A stretch of DNA of 64,000 nucleotides from Selaginella moellendorffii (lineage: Eukaryota; Plantae; Lycopodiophyta), in contig NW_003314272.1 in assembly GCF_000143415.4 (NCBI RefSeq), positions 2,567,728-2,631,727 of the forward strand, given 5' to 3'. Below the pieces are notes generated by a model. It searched no databases, was not told the origin of the DNA, and saw nothing but the letters and a program-made list of their open reading frames with translations. The stretch's first letter is position 1. Each line of letters opens with the position of its first letter. This document shows positions 1 through 11,134 of this stretch, piece by piece. Both the position numbers and the translations under genes were made by a program.

Positions 1-1086
1 CTAAGCAAAGATAATTCATGTCACTCACATTCTTGTGACGTTTTGCAATCAATGTCTAGAGCCAAGTGATCCTCAAATATCAGCTGCGCAAAACAACACA
101 CAAGAAAAAAGGAAACAAATAGAAACACATTCCAACGAAAAAAACAAAGAGAGTGTGCGTACGTGAACAATGTAGACGATCATGGCCGAACGGCACAATG
201 TTTCTCATTTGTTTATGGCCGTCGTCAAAGTAATGCTCCGGAACTCTGCTAGACTAAGATCAGCCCTCTCCATGCCAGCTCCCTTATTTCTCCCAGCTTG
301 GATTGCGAGCAAGGGACCCCATCCGGCTCCCACTGCGAGTTCCTGCACAGCTGCACGAAATGGCCGCTAAAATCCTTGCCGAAAACGGCAGCGGCGGCAC
401 GGTAGAGCTGGCGCTCGTCGCTGCTTCCCACTGGCACCGACTGTGCGTGCTCCACGATCGAGTTGCCCGTCGAGCACAGAATCTGGAGCTCGGCATGGTC
501 CCGCTGCCCCTTCTTCGTCAGTGTCCAAGTGTACATCAGACGGCCAATTTGCAAGCTTGCATCCGTAAAGTCCATAAAGTATGAAACCTCGCGAGACCTG
601 TACTGGTAAACAAGCGAGCTTCTTCGAACCCAGCGCTCCAGAGGCACAAGAAGGCTTTGGTCCCAGTCGAATGTGTGAGTCACTGCTGCCACCACCTCCT
701 GCCCAAAAAAAAGAAAAAACAAACAAAACAAAAGAATAACGAGCTAAGGACTTTACCACCAACAGGTGAGGTCGATAGATTGCCACTCTACCATCGGGAG
801 TTCCTTGAACCAAACGTTATAGACGTTGTCGATGTTCTCCCTGGTTGGCAGAAAGAATTTCTGAAACCTGTATGTGTGCACAGTGTCTAGGAAGCAGAGC
901 AAGAGTTTGCCCAGGTCCCCCCCGCTGCCAGCTTTTGCTTGAGCTACGAAAGTGTCGAGCCATTCGCGCGGATGCTTGTTTGCCTGGACCTGGAGCTGCA
1001 GCCACGCGAAGAAGAGCACGCGGAGTTGCTCACTCACATCAAACAGGAGAAGGGCATCCAGAAGAGATGAGAAAGTACAAGGAACT
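1..1086 (-). other. Spliced, probably decayed gene of unknown function, running off the window start
   Basis: Two clear minus-strand GT-AG introns with T-rich tracts (699..756 and 84..162) flank ORF segments 753..~1080 and 249..698. Splice phases do not join cleanly and there is an internal stop at 249. No family recognised. Confidence 0.3.
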
Positions 1087-2876
1087 CTAGACATGAGCTC
1101 TGCCGACGATCCTGGAAATGACTTTGATTGCAGCATGGCACTCGGAGCAGACATGTAAGTTCTTGACGATTTGAAGCGGGGTGCAAGGATCAGTTGTCAA
1201 CAAACCAAAAGCTAAAGCAACTCTTTCGCTGTGATAGCCGAAATGCTCCACATTTCTTCCATCGTCTCGACATCCCTCAGCACCTCGTTCATATCAGGTA
1301 CATAGCCAGCTTCTTGCATTTGCCGGTCCAGCCTTTCCAACTCGGCTTTAAGTTTATCAGTTTGTGGGTGCAGCTTGCCGGTCGTGCCAAACTCATGCAA
1401 CCTATTCTTAATCTCGATATAACTTTGTCCTGGGAGCTTCTTCCAACCTCTCTCTTGCATCGCTCGTCAAATTCTCCGGACGTCATCCCACCTCCCAACT
1501 CGGCCATAGATACTGGAGAGGAGCACAAACGCAGCGGTATTCGCCGGATCCAATTCCAGAACTCGATCGGCAACGAGCTCGGCTCTCTCCACGCGGCCGT
1601 GCATCTTGTAACAACCGAGTAGCGTCACCCAGATAACACTCATCCGCTGGAAAGGCATCTCGTCCACCACCTCCTCGGCTTGAGTGACCCATCCAGCCCG
1701 GCCGAGGACGTCAATCAAGCGCACGAAGTGGTCGACCTCGTGGGAAATGCCGTGATCCATCGTCATTGACACGAAGTAACTCCTGGCCAGTTCCACAAGT
1801 CCGGTGTGGCTGCAAGCGTGCAAGATACTGTTAAAGGTAACTCGGTTCATTTCGCACGACTCCATGATCATCTCTTGGAATAATTGCAGGGCGTCGTTGC
1901 TATGCCCGTGCTGGGCATATCCGGTGAGCAGCGTGTTCCAGCATACGAGATCTTTCTTTTTGACTGTGTCGAATGCGATCCTGGCTTCGTGCATTCTCCC
2001 GCATCGTGAGTACATGGTGACGATCGCGGTGGCCACCACCAGGTGCTTTTCCAATCCAAGAGTGATGATCCGGCTGTGGAAGGCTATGCCCTCGGAGAGA
2101 GCTCCCAACCTCGAGCAAGCGTCCAGCACTCCAGAGTAAGCGTACATGTTTGCTTTGGTTCCTTCCAGCTCCATCTTTCGAAACATTTCCAGGGTGGTCT
2201 TTCCATCTCCGTGCTCCGAGTAGGCCGTGATGATAGCTCCCCAGGCAACGATATCTTTGCACTCCATCACGTCGAAGGCTTTACGAGCATCCTCAACGCT
2301 GCCACACTTCGCATACATGTCCAGCAAGCCAGTTGTGACGATGCTGCTCTTGCCGAAAGATGGTGGCTTTGCTTGTCCGCCGCTGGAAGACGCAACGATC
2401 AAGTGCGAGTGAATCGCCCGTCCCTCCTCGAGGGCGTCAGTTCCGAGCGCTCCACAGGCACCCAGGGCGATGGAGAAGATGAAGTCGTCCGGCTCCACTC
2501 CATCTCCTGATAGGCATCGAGAGCGTCCCGGAAGAGCCCCGTTCTGCAAGTAGGCGAGGATGAGGATTGTCCAAGAGAAGACGTTCCTGGTGACTATCCG
2601 GTCGAAGGCACTTCGCGCTTGATCCAGCTCGCCGCATTTACCATACATCTGGACGAGCAAATTCCCGAGAAACGTATCGCCGTCGTAGCCGCGGGACTTG
2701 AGGAGGAAGTGGAGCCTCTTGCCTTCCCAGAGGTTCTGGCTGCTCCCGCATCTTCGCAACGCCTCGGCGTAGCATTTGGTGGTGTCGCTGCTGCAGCGCA
2801 AACTTGGACTAGAACCCACTACTGCTACATCGCTGGTGGGCCGCGGAGAAGAGCTGGAACTCCAGACAGCGTTCAT
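1087..2876 (-). pseudogene. PLS-class pentatricopeptide repeat protein with E/E+/DYW extension, disrupted
   Basis: ORF 1467..2876 has P/L/S motifs (LGNLLVQMYGKCGELDQA, LLDMYAKCGSVEDA, LHACSHTGLV, LIDVLGRAG) and an E domain. An in-frame TGA at 1467-1469 (RRI*RAMQERGWKKLPGQSYI) is followed by E+ (GYVPD), then a frameshift near 1250. After it the DYW domain reads [49 protein letters not shown] and stops at 1087, before the terminal DYW tripeptide. Confidence 0.9.
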
Positions 2877-3910
2877 TCATTCCATCACAAAGCTCTCCGC
2901 AAGGGTAAGGTTATTTTGTGATTTATGTATTCTTTCTTTCTCTTGACACGATCGGAGACTTATATTTTGAAAGTAAGGAGTCCAGAGGAAAATCTGCAAG
3001 CTCTCAGCCAGGCAAGAAACCTTTCAAACTTTCATTTAAGAGAAACGCTTTGAAAGAGCTAACTTCGCAATTCTAGCGAATCTCACGACGAATACAGTCG
3101 CCAGGGATGAATAGAGTTTATCTCGCTAGCTCTCTCAGCCTGCTCTCGTCGCGGCCATGGCCACAACGAAGGGTTCGTGGACAGCAGGACGCTTACTTGC
3201 AGTAATCTGCGGCCAACTTGGTCATACAGGACGAGATGAGCGATGTGCGTGGTGGTGGTGATAAGAACTCCAAACTCGATCACGGCAGGAGGTCGCTCGT
3301 CTTGGAAACTGGATCGAACTTCAGATCCATCTTTCCTCGTAAGAGTTGCCAGTTCTCTGTCTGCGCAGAGACTGAAACAAGTAAAGTTGAACGCAAGTAC
3401 AACCATTATAAGTTACGCTTGACTCGGTTATGCGGTTCACTTGTTGGTGGGTGAGATCAATGCAAGCTCACACTTTTGTCCTTTTTGTATTTGCTTGGAG
3501 ATGTTTGAGGAGTACCATGTACACCTCGGCTCTTTTGGCAAACCGTTATTGAGGGAGGCTATGTCGCTGACGGCAATAGCGACGCGGAGGGAGCCCGTGG
3601 AGAATCATCGCAGCAAGTAGCCTGGCAAGTGGCGTTGTATAGTTGATCGATCGGTGAAGTCGGACTGGGGAAATAGCAAGTACGATTTGATTCAAACAAC
3701 AACAGTAGCCTCCCAAAATCTGTTGATCCCGTGCATTGACGTTCAAACGGATGAAATGGCTTTTTCTCCAGTCAAGGCAGATCAGTTAGCACATAAAAAA
3801 TATTTCGAGTATCTTTTAAGCAAGAAAGTATAAATATATTTCATTCTTCTACATATTTCTTGCAGAAAAAACAAGGAATTCATCCCACAAAATAAACAAG
3901 TTTGTTTATT

Positions 3911-4861
3911 TTACAACACTTCTATGATTTTCTTTATGAATTCCTTGGCTAAGAGCGTATACGTGTGTTCAGTTGGGTGTATTATATCCCAAAAGACGTA
4001 ATCGCTTGGATTCTTGCACAGCCCACTCAATGTATTCTTTTGTGAAAGGCAATTGGGACAACAACCCCCGGCATTCTTAAATCCAAACCTCTTTGGGTTC
4101 TCCACGTATGATTTAATCGAAGAGTAGCCATCCACAAATGTTCCTTTCATCCCTGGAAATCTCTTTGCCACCCCTGAAACAATCTCCCGAGCTTGCACAT
4201 TGAATTCTTCCACCAGATTGTTAATCTCGCTCACACATTTTCCTCCAGAGGTCACAATAGGTGAACACCCTAGTGCCCCGACACTTGAGTAGACGATCTT
4301 TCGAAATCCATACTTGTATAGCTGTTCCAATCCTTTCTCTAATGACATTAACATTGCTTTCAAGTCAACATCAGCAATGTTTTGAAGATTCGCCGCAATA
4401 TCATTCCCAGCAGAAGATATCACAACCACAAAATCATTGAGATTGAGATTTTTCTTGGAGAGCTGCGCGAGCTGCTTTAGCTGCTCGTTAAACGACACAA
4501 CGCCCCAGTCCGAGTGAGTGGAGTCAAGTAAGCCACTGCCGTCTGACGCAAAATTAATGCTTGGTGGAAGTTGACTCCCAGCTTTCAAGCTCAGGAATGG
4601 TCTTGAAAAGGGCAAACCTATCGCCTTGTTTATCAGATCTGGAATTATAAACCCATCGCTACACCTCCCGGATGGCTTGCTAAACCTCGTCTCCCCATAT
4701 GGCACAAAATCGCAACGCGAAACTGAATCCTTCACATATTTGTTTGTGCCCACGTCGAAGATTGAATCTCCCATGTAGATAGTCCTGAGTTGAGGAATCG
4801 ACCTCCCATACACGCACACGCAGAGAGCCAAGATTGCAAAGATCCTCGACCACTTCGTCAT
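3911..4861 (-). CDS. GDSL (SGNH) esterase/lipase, secreted, intronless
   Basis: 316-aa ORF with signal peptide, block I GDSIFDVG, GRCSDG, INFASDGSG, SAGND and block V FWDIIHPTE. Confidence 0.92.
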   Translation of the reverse strand: MTKWSRIFAILALCVCVYGRSIPQLRTIYMGDSIFDVGTNKYVKDSVSRCDFVPYGETRFSKPSGRCSDGFIIPDLINKAIGLPFSRPFLSLKAGSQLPPSINFASDGSGLLDSTHSDWGVVSFNEQLKQLAQLSKKNLNLNDFVVVISSAGNDIAANLQNIADVDLKAMLMSLEKGLEQLYKYGFRKIVYSSVGALGCSPIVTSGGKCVSEINNLVEEFNVQAREIVSGVAKRFPGMKGTFVDGYSSIKSYVENPKRFGFKNAGGCCPNCLSQKNTLSGLCKNPSDYVFWDIIHPTEHTYTLLAKEFIKKIIEVL

Positions 4862-5007
4862 CTCGCCAAAACCTTAATATGGCAAAACCTAATGCACAAG
4901 CTAATTTATATAGAGTTAGGGAAAAGGAAAAGGTTACTTCATCTAATAAAAGTACCTTTAAATACTTAACGAAAACTAAAATTTTAGCAAACATTGTCTA
5001 CACGATA

Positions 5008-5340
5008 TCAGACAATAATAAACTGAGGCAAGATGGCAGCATTACACCACAAGCTCATCAAAGTTGAGGATCCCTCCCACTTCACCAGACTAGCCATCCG
5101 GTGGAACAACCAACTCGGCCTGTCCTTGGTCACCTTGAACACTATCCCGGCCAGAACCTTACACACGAGCATGGCATGGTGCTTGGAACCCGAGGAGCTG
5201 CTGTAGACCTTGACATAGTAGTTTTCCTTGCTGCTGGTTGCCATCGCCCCAAACCGGAGGAATCCATCCACCTTTGCTTTCTTCTTCCTGAATCCGGCCA
5301 GGATGATGTTGTCAATTGAGAAGGTTGACTCACTTTGCAT
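5008..5340 (-). pseudogene. C-terminal fragment of a PARP-like ADP-ribosyltransferase domain
   Basis: Reads SIDNIILAGF..LRFG-AMATSSK.NYY..HAMLVCKVLAG.VFKVTKD, then in a shifted frame LVVPPDG*SGEVGGILNFDELVV, then back to NAAILPQFIIV*. The 5' part is missing at the gypsy boundary. Confidence 0.7.
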
Positions 5341-8300
5341 TTTTCCCTTGTTTCCAGAGATTTGTGTGGTTTGGGAGTTGGAGGAAGTGCAAAAGGAAGT
5401 GAAGTAGCGTGCTAGAGCCCCAGAGGGGAGATGCAGCTGAAGTTGGTGAAGTACAAGTGGTTTTGGAGCCGAGAAGTTCTCAGCGATTATCTCGCATGCA
5501 GTGAGGATTTCAGAGATGAAGATTTCAGAAAGGTTCAAGAGCTCAGTGAGAGCTTTCCAAGGAGTCTGAGATCAAGAATATTGGACGTGTGGATCAGAAG
5601 ATATTTTGAGTTAAAGTTGCAGGCAGCAAAACTCTCAAGTGTTAAAGCTGTAATATTCTGTATGGGAATATTCTGAGTGTATATACAGTAGCCTAGGAAT
5701 ATTCTGGGAGGTTCCAGAGGGGATATCCTGGAATCTTCCCGAAGTTATTTCAGGAGTGTGTGGAAATGGTACGACAACATGAAGTCCCTTGATGTGATTC
5801 GCATGCAGATCATGTCACTTGCAATCTGAGAGTGTGCTGGGCAGTAGAGAGACTGAGCATTCAGTCAGAGCAGACTGTGGTGACTCACTGCCCCACCTGC
5901 AGTCAAGTGTGGTATCGTCTAATGAGAGAAATCCTCGAAGAACTCCTGAACCTATCTGTTGCTGAGCCGATTGATGTCTAGATGTACCCCTGTTTCAATC
6001 AATGAAAGTTCTAGAGAGACGAACCTGTGTGTTTAAGTTGTGTGAGTGAGTGAAGTTGAACTACAAAAGTGGTGCGTTAGCCGGGAGCCAGATTTGGTTG
6101 AAGGGGTATCTCGAGCCTGGAGAGCCGAAGTGCCGCCTCGATCTGGCCAACCAGCGATCACCAAGTTAGTGAAAATTCAGTGAAGACGATTTAGACTTGC
6201 AGCGGAGACAGCGACAAGAGAGATATTAGAGAAGATTAGTAAACACTCCAGAGAGTTCCCCGGAGAGAAACACGGAGCCTTTACCTGTGGAAACACAGTG
6301 GGAAGAGTGGGGAGAGTTCCAGACCTCACCTCCGAATTTGCCAAGTGCAAACCCAAGATCTAGGGGGATGGCAACACCTGCGGCTTCAAGCTGAGAAAAA
6401 TATTCGAAGTTTGTGAACCTGAATGATCTTAATGCTCACGCTACAGCTTTTGAGGTTGTGAGTGCTGCAAATCAAGAGCACACTGATGCCCTGAGACGAC
6501 GCTGGTTTCCCATGACACTACTGGGGGCTGCCATTGAATGGTACGCCCAGGCAAATGCAACAGTGCCATTTGCTTCCTGGAATGACATGAAGACTTCTTT
6601 CCTAGAAGTCTTCTGCCATGTGGGATTCTGTCAGAAGATAACAGATGAACTCAATGCGATCCAGCTCTTACCAGGGGAGCCACTTCAAGACTATACTTGG
6701 AGGTTCAAGAGCCTTCTGCAGCAGAAAGAACCTACTCTGTCTGCTGAAGATCAAGTCCGCTACTATTTGAATGGCCTGCCATACAAGTTAAATTTTCACG
6801 TCAAAGTTCAGAGACCAGCAAACCTGAATGAAGCAATTACTCATGCTACAACATGGGAGTAAGCTCGACTTGGAGCTGCAGCCAGGCAACAGATTACCGT
6901 TCCTGTTGACTCTAGTGGCTATCTTCCTGGAATACCACCACAACCAACGTTAATCCCAGCTACAAGTCCCAGATTTCAGCCAACTATGATACCTGTAGGC
7001 TTTGAGAACCAGTTAGCAAAAGTCAAAGAGGACGTGGGGAAACACTTACAAAGAAGATGGCTGATTTGCAAGTGAATCTAGTTCGGGGTATGGGAGCTCT
7101 AGTGAAGCTGATCAATGAGAGAACAGGTGTTTGGTGTATTACATGTGGCAATCAGGGCCACTATCTGATTAAGTGCCAAGATAAGCTTCCACGACCTGCA
7201 AAGCTAAAGTGTCAGTATTGCGGGAAGAGTGGACATACACTGGAGAACTGTTATTCAAATCCTGCTCGAGTTTCAACACAGCAGCTCCAAGTTTCCCAAT
7301 AGATCCCTGTGGTGCCAAGTTACATGGTTCAATCGCAGATGTCTCAAGGGGGGGATACTTACCCAGTGTATGCGGTTGCAGCTCAATCGTCTTCCACTGC
7401 GAATCCTCAATCAACACAGCAGCAGTAGGGTGAAGCCTCTGGTTCAAGAGGTAGATTCAGACGCCCAATGGTTTGCTACAATTGCTGGGAGCCAAGTCAC
7501 ATCTCCCCAGATTGTCCATACCTGAGGAGGGGTGAGGGTTACAAGCCTATTTGTGGAGTCTGCCAAACACAAGGGCTGCATGCCCAGGATCAATGCCCAC
7601 ATAAGTTGAAGAAGACAGAGCAAAATTCAAACCAAGGGCGAGGGAAGAAGGTGGTAGACTCCAAGGCAATCTTCATTCAGCCAGAGGATCTGATGGTAGC
7701 CACCCCGGAGCTGGAAGTACCAGTGTTAGCTGTGGAAACCAGAGGCCAACTGCAGCAAAGAGGCCGTGGCCTTTATGTGGGTGAGGGTTTTGAGCCGCTT
7801 ACCTCAAATGATCCAGAGCTGATGGCGCACAAACTAAGGAAGGAGCTAAGAGGTCGCCAAGTTGATGGAAAAGGAGATGGAGCTGTTGAAGTTCCACAGA
7901 GATCGAAGCCGCAACGACGCTGCTATAAGTAGGTGCTCAACTTGGAGACTGGCCCCTACGATATTCTGGAGAATCAGCAACCAAGCATCATATTTGCTCG
8001 GTCTCCACAGCTGTAAAGGGTCATTGTAAGGCAGTTGTAAATGCAGCATGGCCAATGGTGGATATGGATGCTCCTTGCATCGACACAGAGATTAGTGGAG
8101 TGAAGCTGCGGGGCTGTGTGATTGATGGAGGCTCTGCAGTGAATGTGATGCCTGAACACATTGTGCAGAAGCTCAACCTTGAGGCACCTGTACCTGTGCA
8201 TTTCCGGGTACGGATGGCAAATAATTCAAGCAAGCCACTTTGTGTGATCAAGGGAGTGAAGACAGAGATCGTAGGCTTCTAGTTCTTTATAGACTTTGTG

Positions 8301-9691
8301 GTGCTGTGGATGGAGGATTCAGAAGCAGACTACCCCGTGTTACTGGGCCGGCCTTGGCTAAAGCAGTCCCGAGCTGAACAGAACTGGCTGACAGGAATGC
8401 TGGTCATTGGAGATGGGAACAATACGCAGCAGGTACGAGTGGTGATGCAGAGGAAGCCAGCCTTGACTCCGGTGGCTCTTGAGCCAGTTGATGCTATGGA
8501 CAACAGCAGTGATACAACTTCCAGTACAGGGTGCAAGAGGAAGTGATTCAGTTGGAAGTGAAGATGGAACCCAATTAGAGGCTGAGAGTTTTGTGGAGGT
8601 TGCGGAACTCAAATGCTCAAGCTACGATGATCTAATGCTGTCACCTTTTGAGGAGGGCACGGCGAGCGAATGCCTCCAGCATTGGCTGTGGGGTGGGGAA
8701 GTTACTTGTGGAATGGTGAAGGTCGAACAAATGCCCGACGAGGATAAGATGGAGCAATTTCCAGAGCATTTTCATCATGTGGAGCAGCTGGAGGAACCTG
8801 TGAGAGTGTTAGATGCTCTGGCTATTTGCTCTGATGGAACTGGAACCAGCAAATTCGTGGGACGACCTGAGCTGCGAGACTTGGAGCTGGAACCAGGAAA
8901 GTCAGTCCGGATTACAGTGGATACTGGGCCGGAGCTGCAAGAGCGACTCCTGCTCCTATTCCACGAGTTCATTGATGTGTTTGCCTGGAGTTACCAGGAT
9001 ATGAGAGGTGTCGACCCCAAGCTGGTACAACACCGCATTGTGTTGATGGAGGGAGCGAGACCAGTGAGGCAGCGACCTTATCGGATTTTCGAGCAGTGAG
9101 GGAAGAGATTGATAAGCTCTTGAAGGCTGGCTTCATCTACGAGGTGGAGATCAGTGAATGACTCTCCCCCATTGTTGTCGTTCCCAAGAAGAACAGGCAG
9201 CTCTGGGTGTGTGTAGACTATCGAAAGTTGAATGACATGACGAAGAAGGATGGATTCCTGCTGCCATTTACAGATACGGTGCTGGACACGGTTGCTGGCC
9301 ACGAATTCTACTCGTTCCTGGATGGATATAGTTGCTACAATCAGATCCAAATCGCTTCAGAGGATCAGCTCAAGACGGCATTTGTTACTGAGTGCTTTGC
9401 TTATCGGGTGATGCCGTTGGGCTTTGCAACGCTCCAACTACCTTTCAGCGTGTTGTTACAGCAGCCTTTCAGCCGTACATGAGGGAATTTATGGAAGTTT
9501 TCTTGATGACTTCAGCGTATTTGGGAGCTCGGACCAGCACAAGGATCTGTTGAGGAGCTGTTTTCTGAAGTGTAGAAGCTTTGGCATTTCCTTGAACCCG
9601 CACAAGTGCCAGTTTGCTATAACGCATGGACTCCTACTGGGCCGGATTGTGAGCAGAGATGGCTTAGCTGCTTTTCCTTAACCCGCACAAG
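5341..9691 (+). mobile_element. Degenerate, 3'-truncated Ty3/gypsy LTR retrotransposon (LTR-PBS-gag-PR-RT)
   Basis: Putative 5' LTR ends in CA at 6065 (left edge approximate), PBS at 6070. Retrotrans-gag at 6413..6862 (LLGAAIEWY, SWNDMKTSFL, YYLNGL), CCHC knuckles at 7130-7590, protease CVIDGGSAVNVM (8055..8282) and YPVLLGRPWL. RT motifs: VFAWSYQDMRGVDP, CVDYRKLN, FLDGYSCYNQI, FLDDF. Many stops and frameshifts; no RNase H, integrase or 3' LTR. Confidence 0.92.
6070..6087 (+). promoter_or_regulatory. Primer binding site, likely complementary to a tRNA-Gly 3' end
   Basis: TGGTGCGTTAGCCGGGAG lies 4 nt after the LTR-terminal CA and resembles the reverse complement of the tRNA-Gly(UCC) acceptor end. 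Confidence 0.65.
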
Positions 9692-11134
9692 ATCTGCAAA
9701 GACGGCTGGTTAGAAGTGAAAAGGAAAAGAGACAAGCCATACTTCCGCCGAATACATCGCTTCAGTGGCTGAAGCAATATTTGTGTAACCTTCCGACGAA
9801 TCTTTTCCCCTGTCTAAGTGAAACACTACGTCATGGGAGAAAGATTGCTCCAGGTCGTGGTCGCGCTCTCTCCTTGAGCTGCAACCAAGAAATAAACGCT
9901 CTTTTACCGCTTAGCCACAAGAAATCTCGACAACTCACCTCTTCAAGCTTGTGTGTAACGTAGTAGCAAGGGAGCACGAAAGACAGTACTTTCGGGCCAC
10001 CGTAACGTTGCTGGTTGGAGCGACCTCGCTGGCGCAGTCGGCAGCGATGAAGAGGTGCATGAAAACCTCCGGGACGGGAACCCGGAGGACGTGGGCGATT
10101 GCCACAGTCCAGATGTTCCACTTGAGCTCCGACACATTTGACTCATCCATATCGTAGAACCACGACGCTGGTGAATAATCCAGCTCCAGCCCAAAGCGCT
10201 GGAATGCGCCTGCCACCACTCTCAGCAATCTAGTTCCTATGCTGCTTTGGAACCGATTGGCCACGATCAGACCATATATATTTCACACTCAGAATGCAAA
10301 CATATTATTTTGGTTAAATTGCTTAACTATTTGCATTCAAGAACTTCTTGAACAGCCCAGTCCGTCCCAAGTCGACGCATTTCTGGGGCCCCGTTGCGAA
10401 CTGGGGATTCGTCGTTGTGAGAAATTCTTGTACGAAATTCTAATCGATGTTCTTGTGGATTTCTTGCTTGCAGGGGCTTGTGGATCTCAACAGATGTCGG
10501 GCAACATGACAAGTGGTAAATTCTCTTGCATTTGAAACTATGGTTGTAATGTTTGTTCTTGAAATGTGGTCCTTTTCTTTTATTCTCCTTACAGTACTCG
10601 CTCTTGTTTATGAGATTCGCGTGGATGGTCCAGCCTCGGATTTATCTGCTCTTCTTGTGCCATGCCGCAAACGAGCTCTATCACTTGGCGAGCCACCAGT
10701 TAAGTTTCTCGCTTGGTTTCTCGCTGGTTCATCTAAGGCTCTGGCTGAGATTAAAGTTTCATGTACTTTATCATTCTAAAGTTTGGTCTTGTAGATTCTT
10801 CGATCTTTCACTCTTGAATGCTAGAAATTTCTAGCCTCTCATCTTCATCGGAAGTTGGATCTACTTTGCAAACTCTTTTTTGTTTTCTGGATCTCTTGAA
10901 GGTCAAGTAAGGATGTTTATCCAACTAAGTTTGCTCGCGCCAGTAATGGAGATTCGCCTTATCACTGTCCACGTCACTCGTGTGTCTGATACTGGGGCAG
11001 GAGACACCCACGTCTTTCTTTCACGAGCACTCGTCTTTTAGATGGCCAAGCTAAGTACCAAAGATATGGTTTTGTGATTATATCTCCCAGAACAAAGGAG
11101 GAACTCATTCAGGGTTTGATGCAGTGAGCAAAGT

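Noticed and set aside
249-698. WWE-domain resemblance (YFMDFTDASLQ)
   Set aside because: Single short motif; the rest of the domain pattern is not convincing.
753-1154. ORF starting MSAPSAMLQ as an independent gene start
   Set aside because: Its first ~22 codons are the out-of-frame DYW sequence of the upstream PPR.
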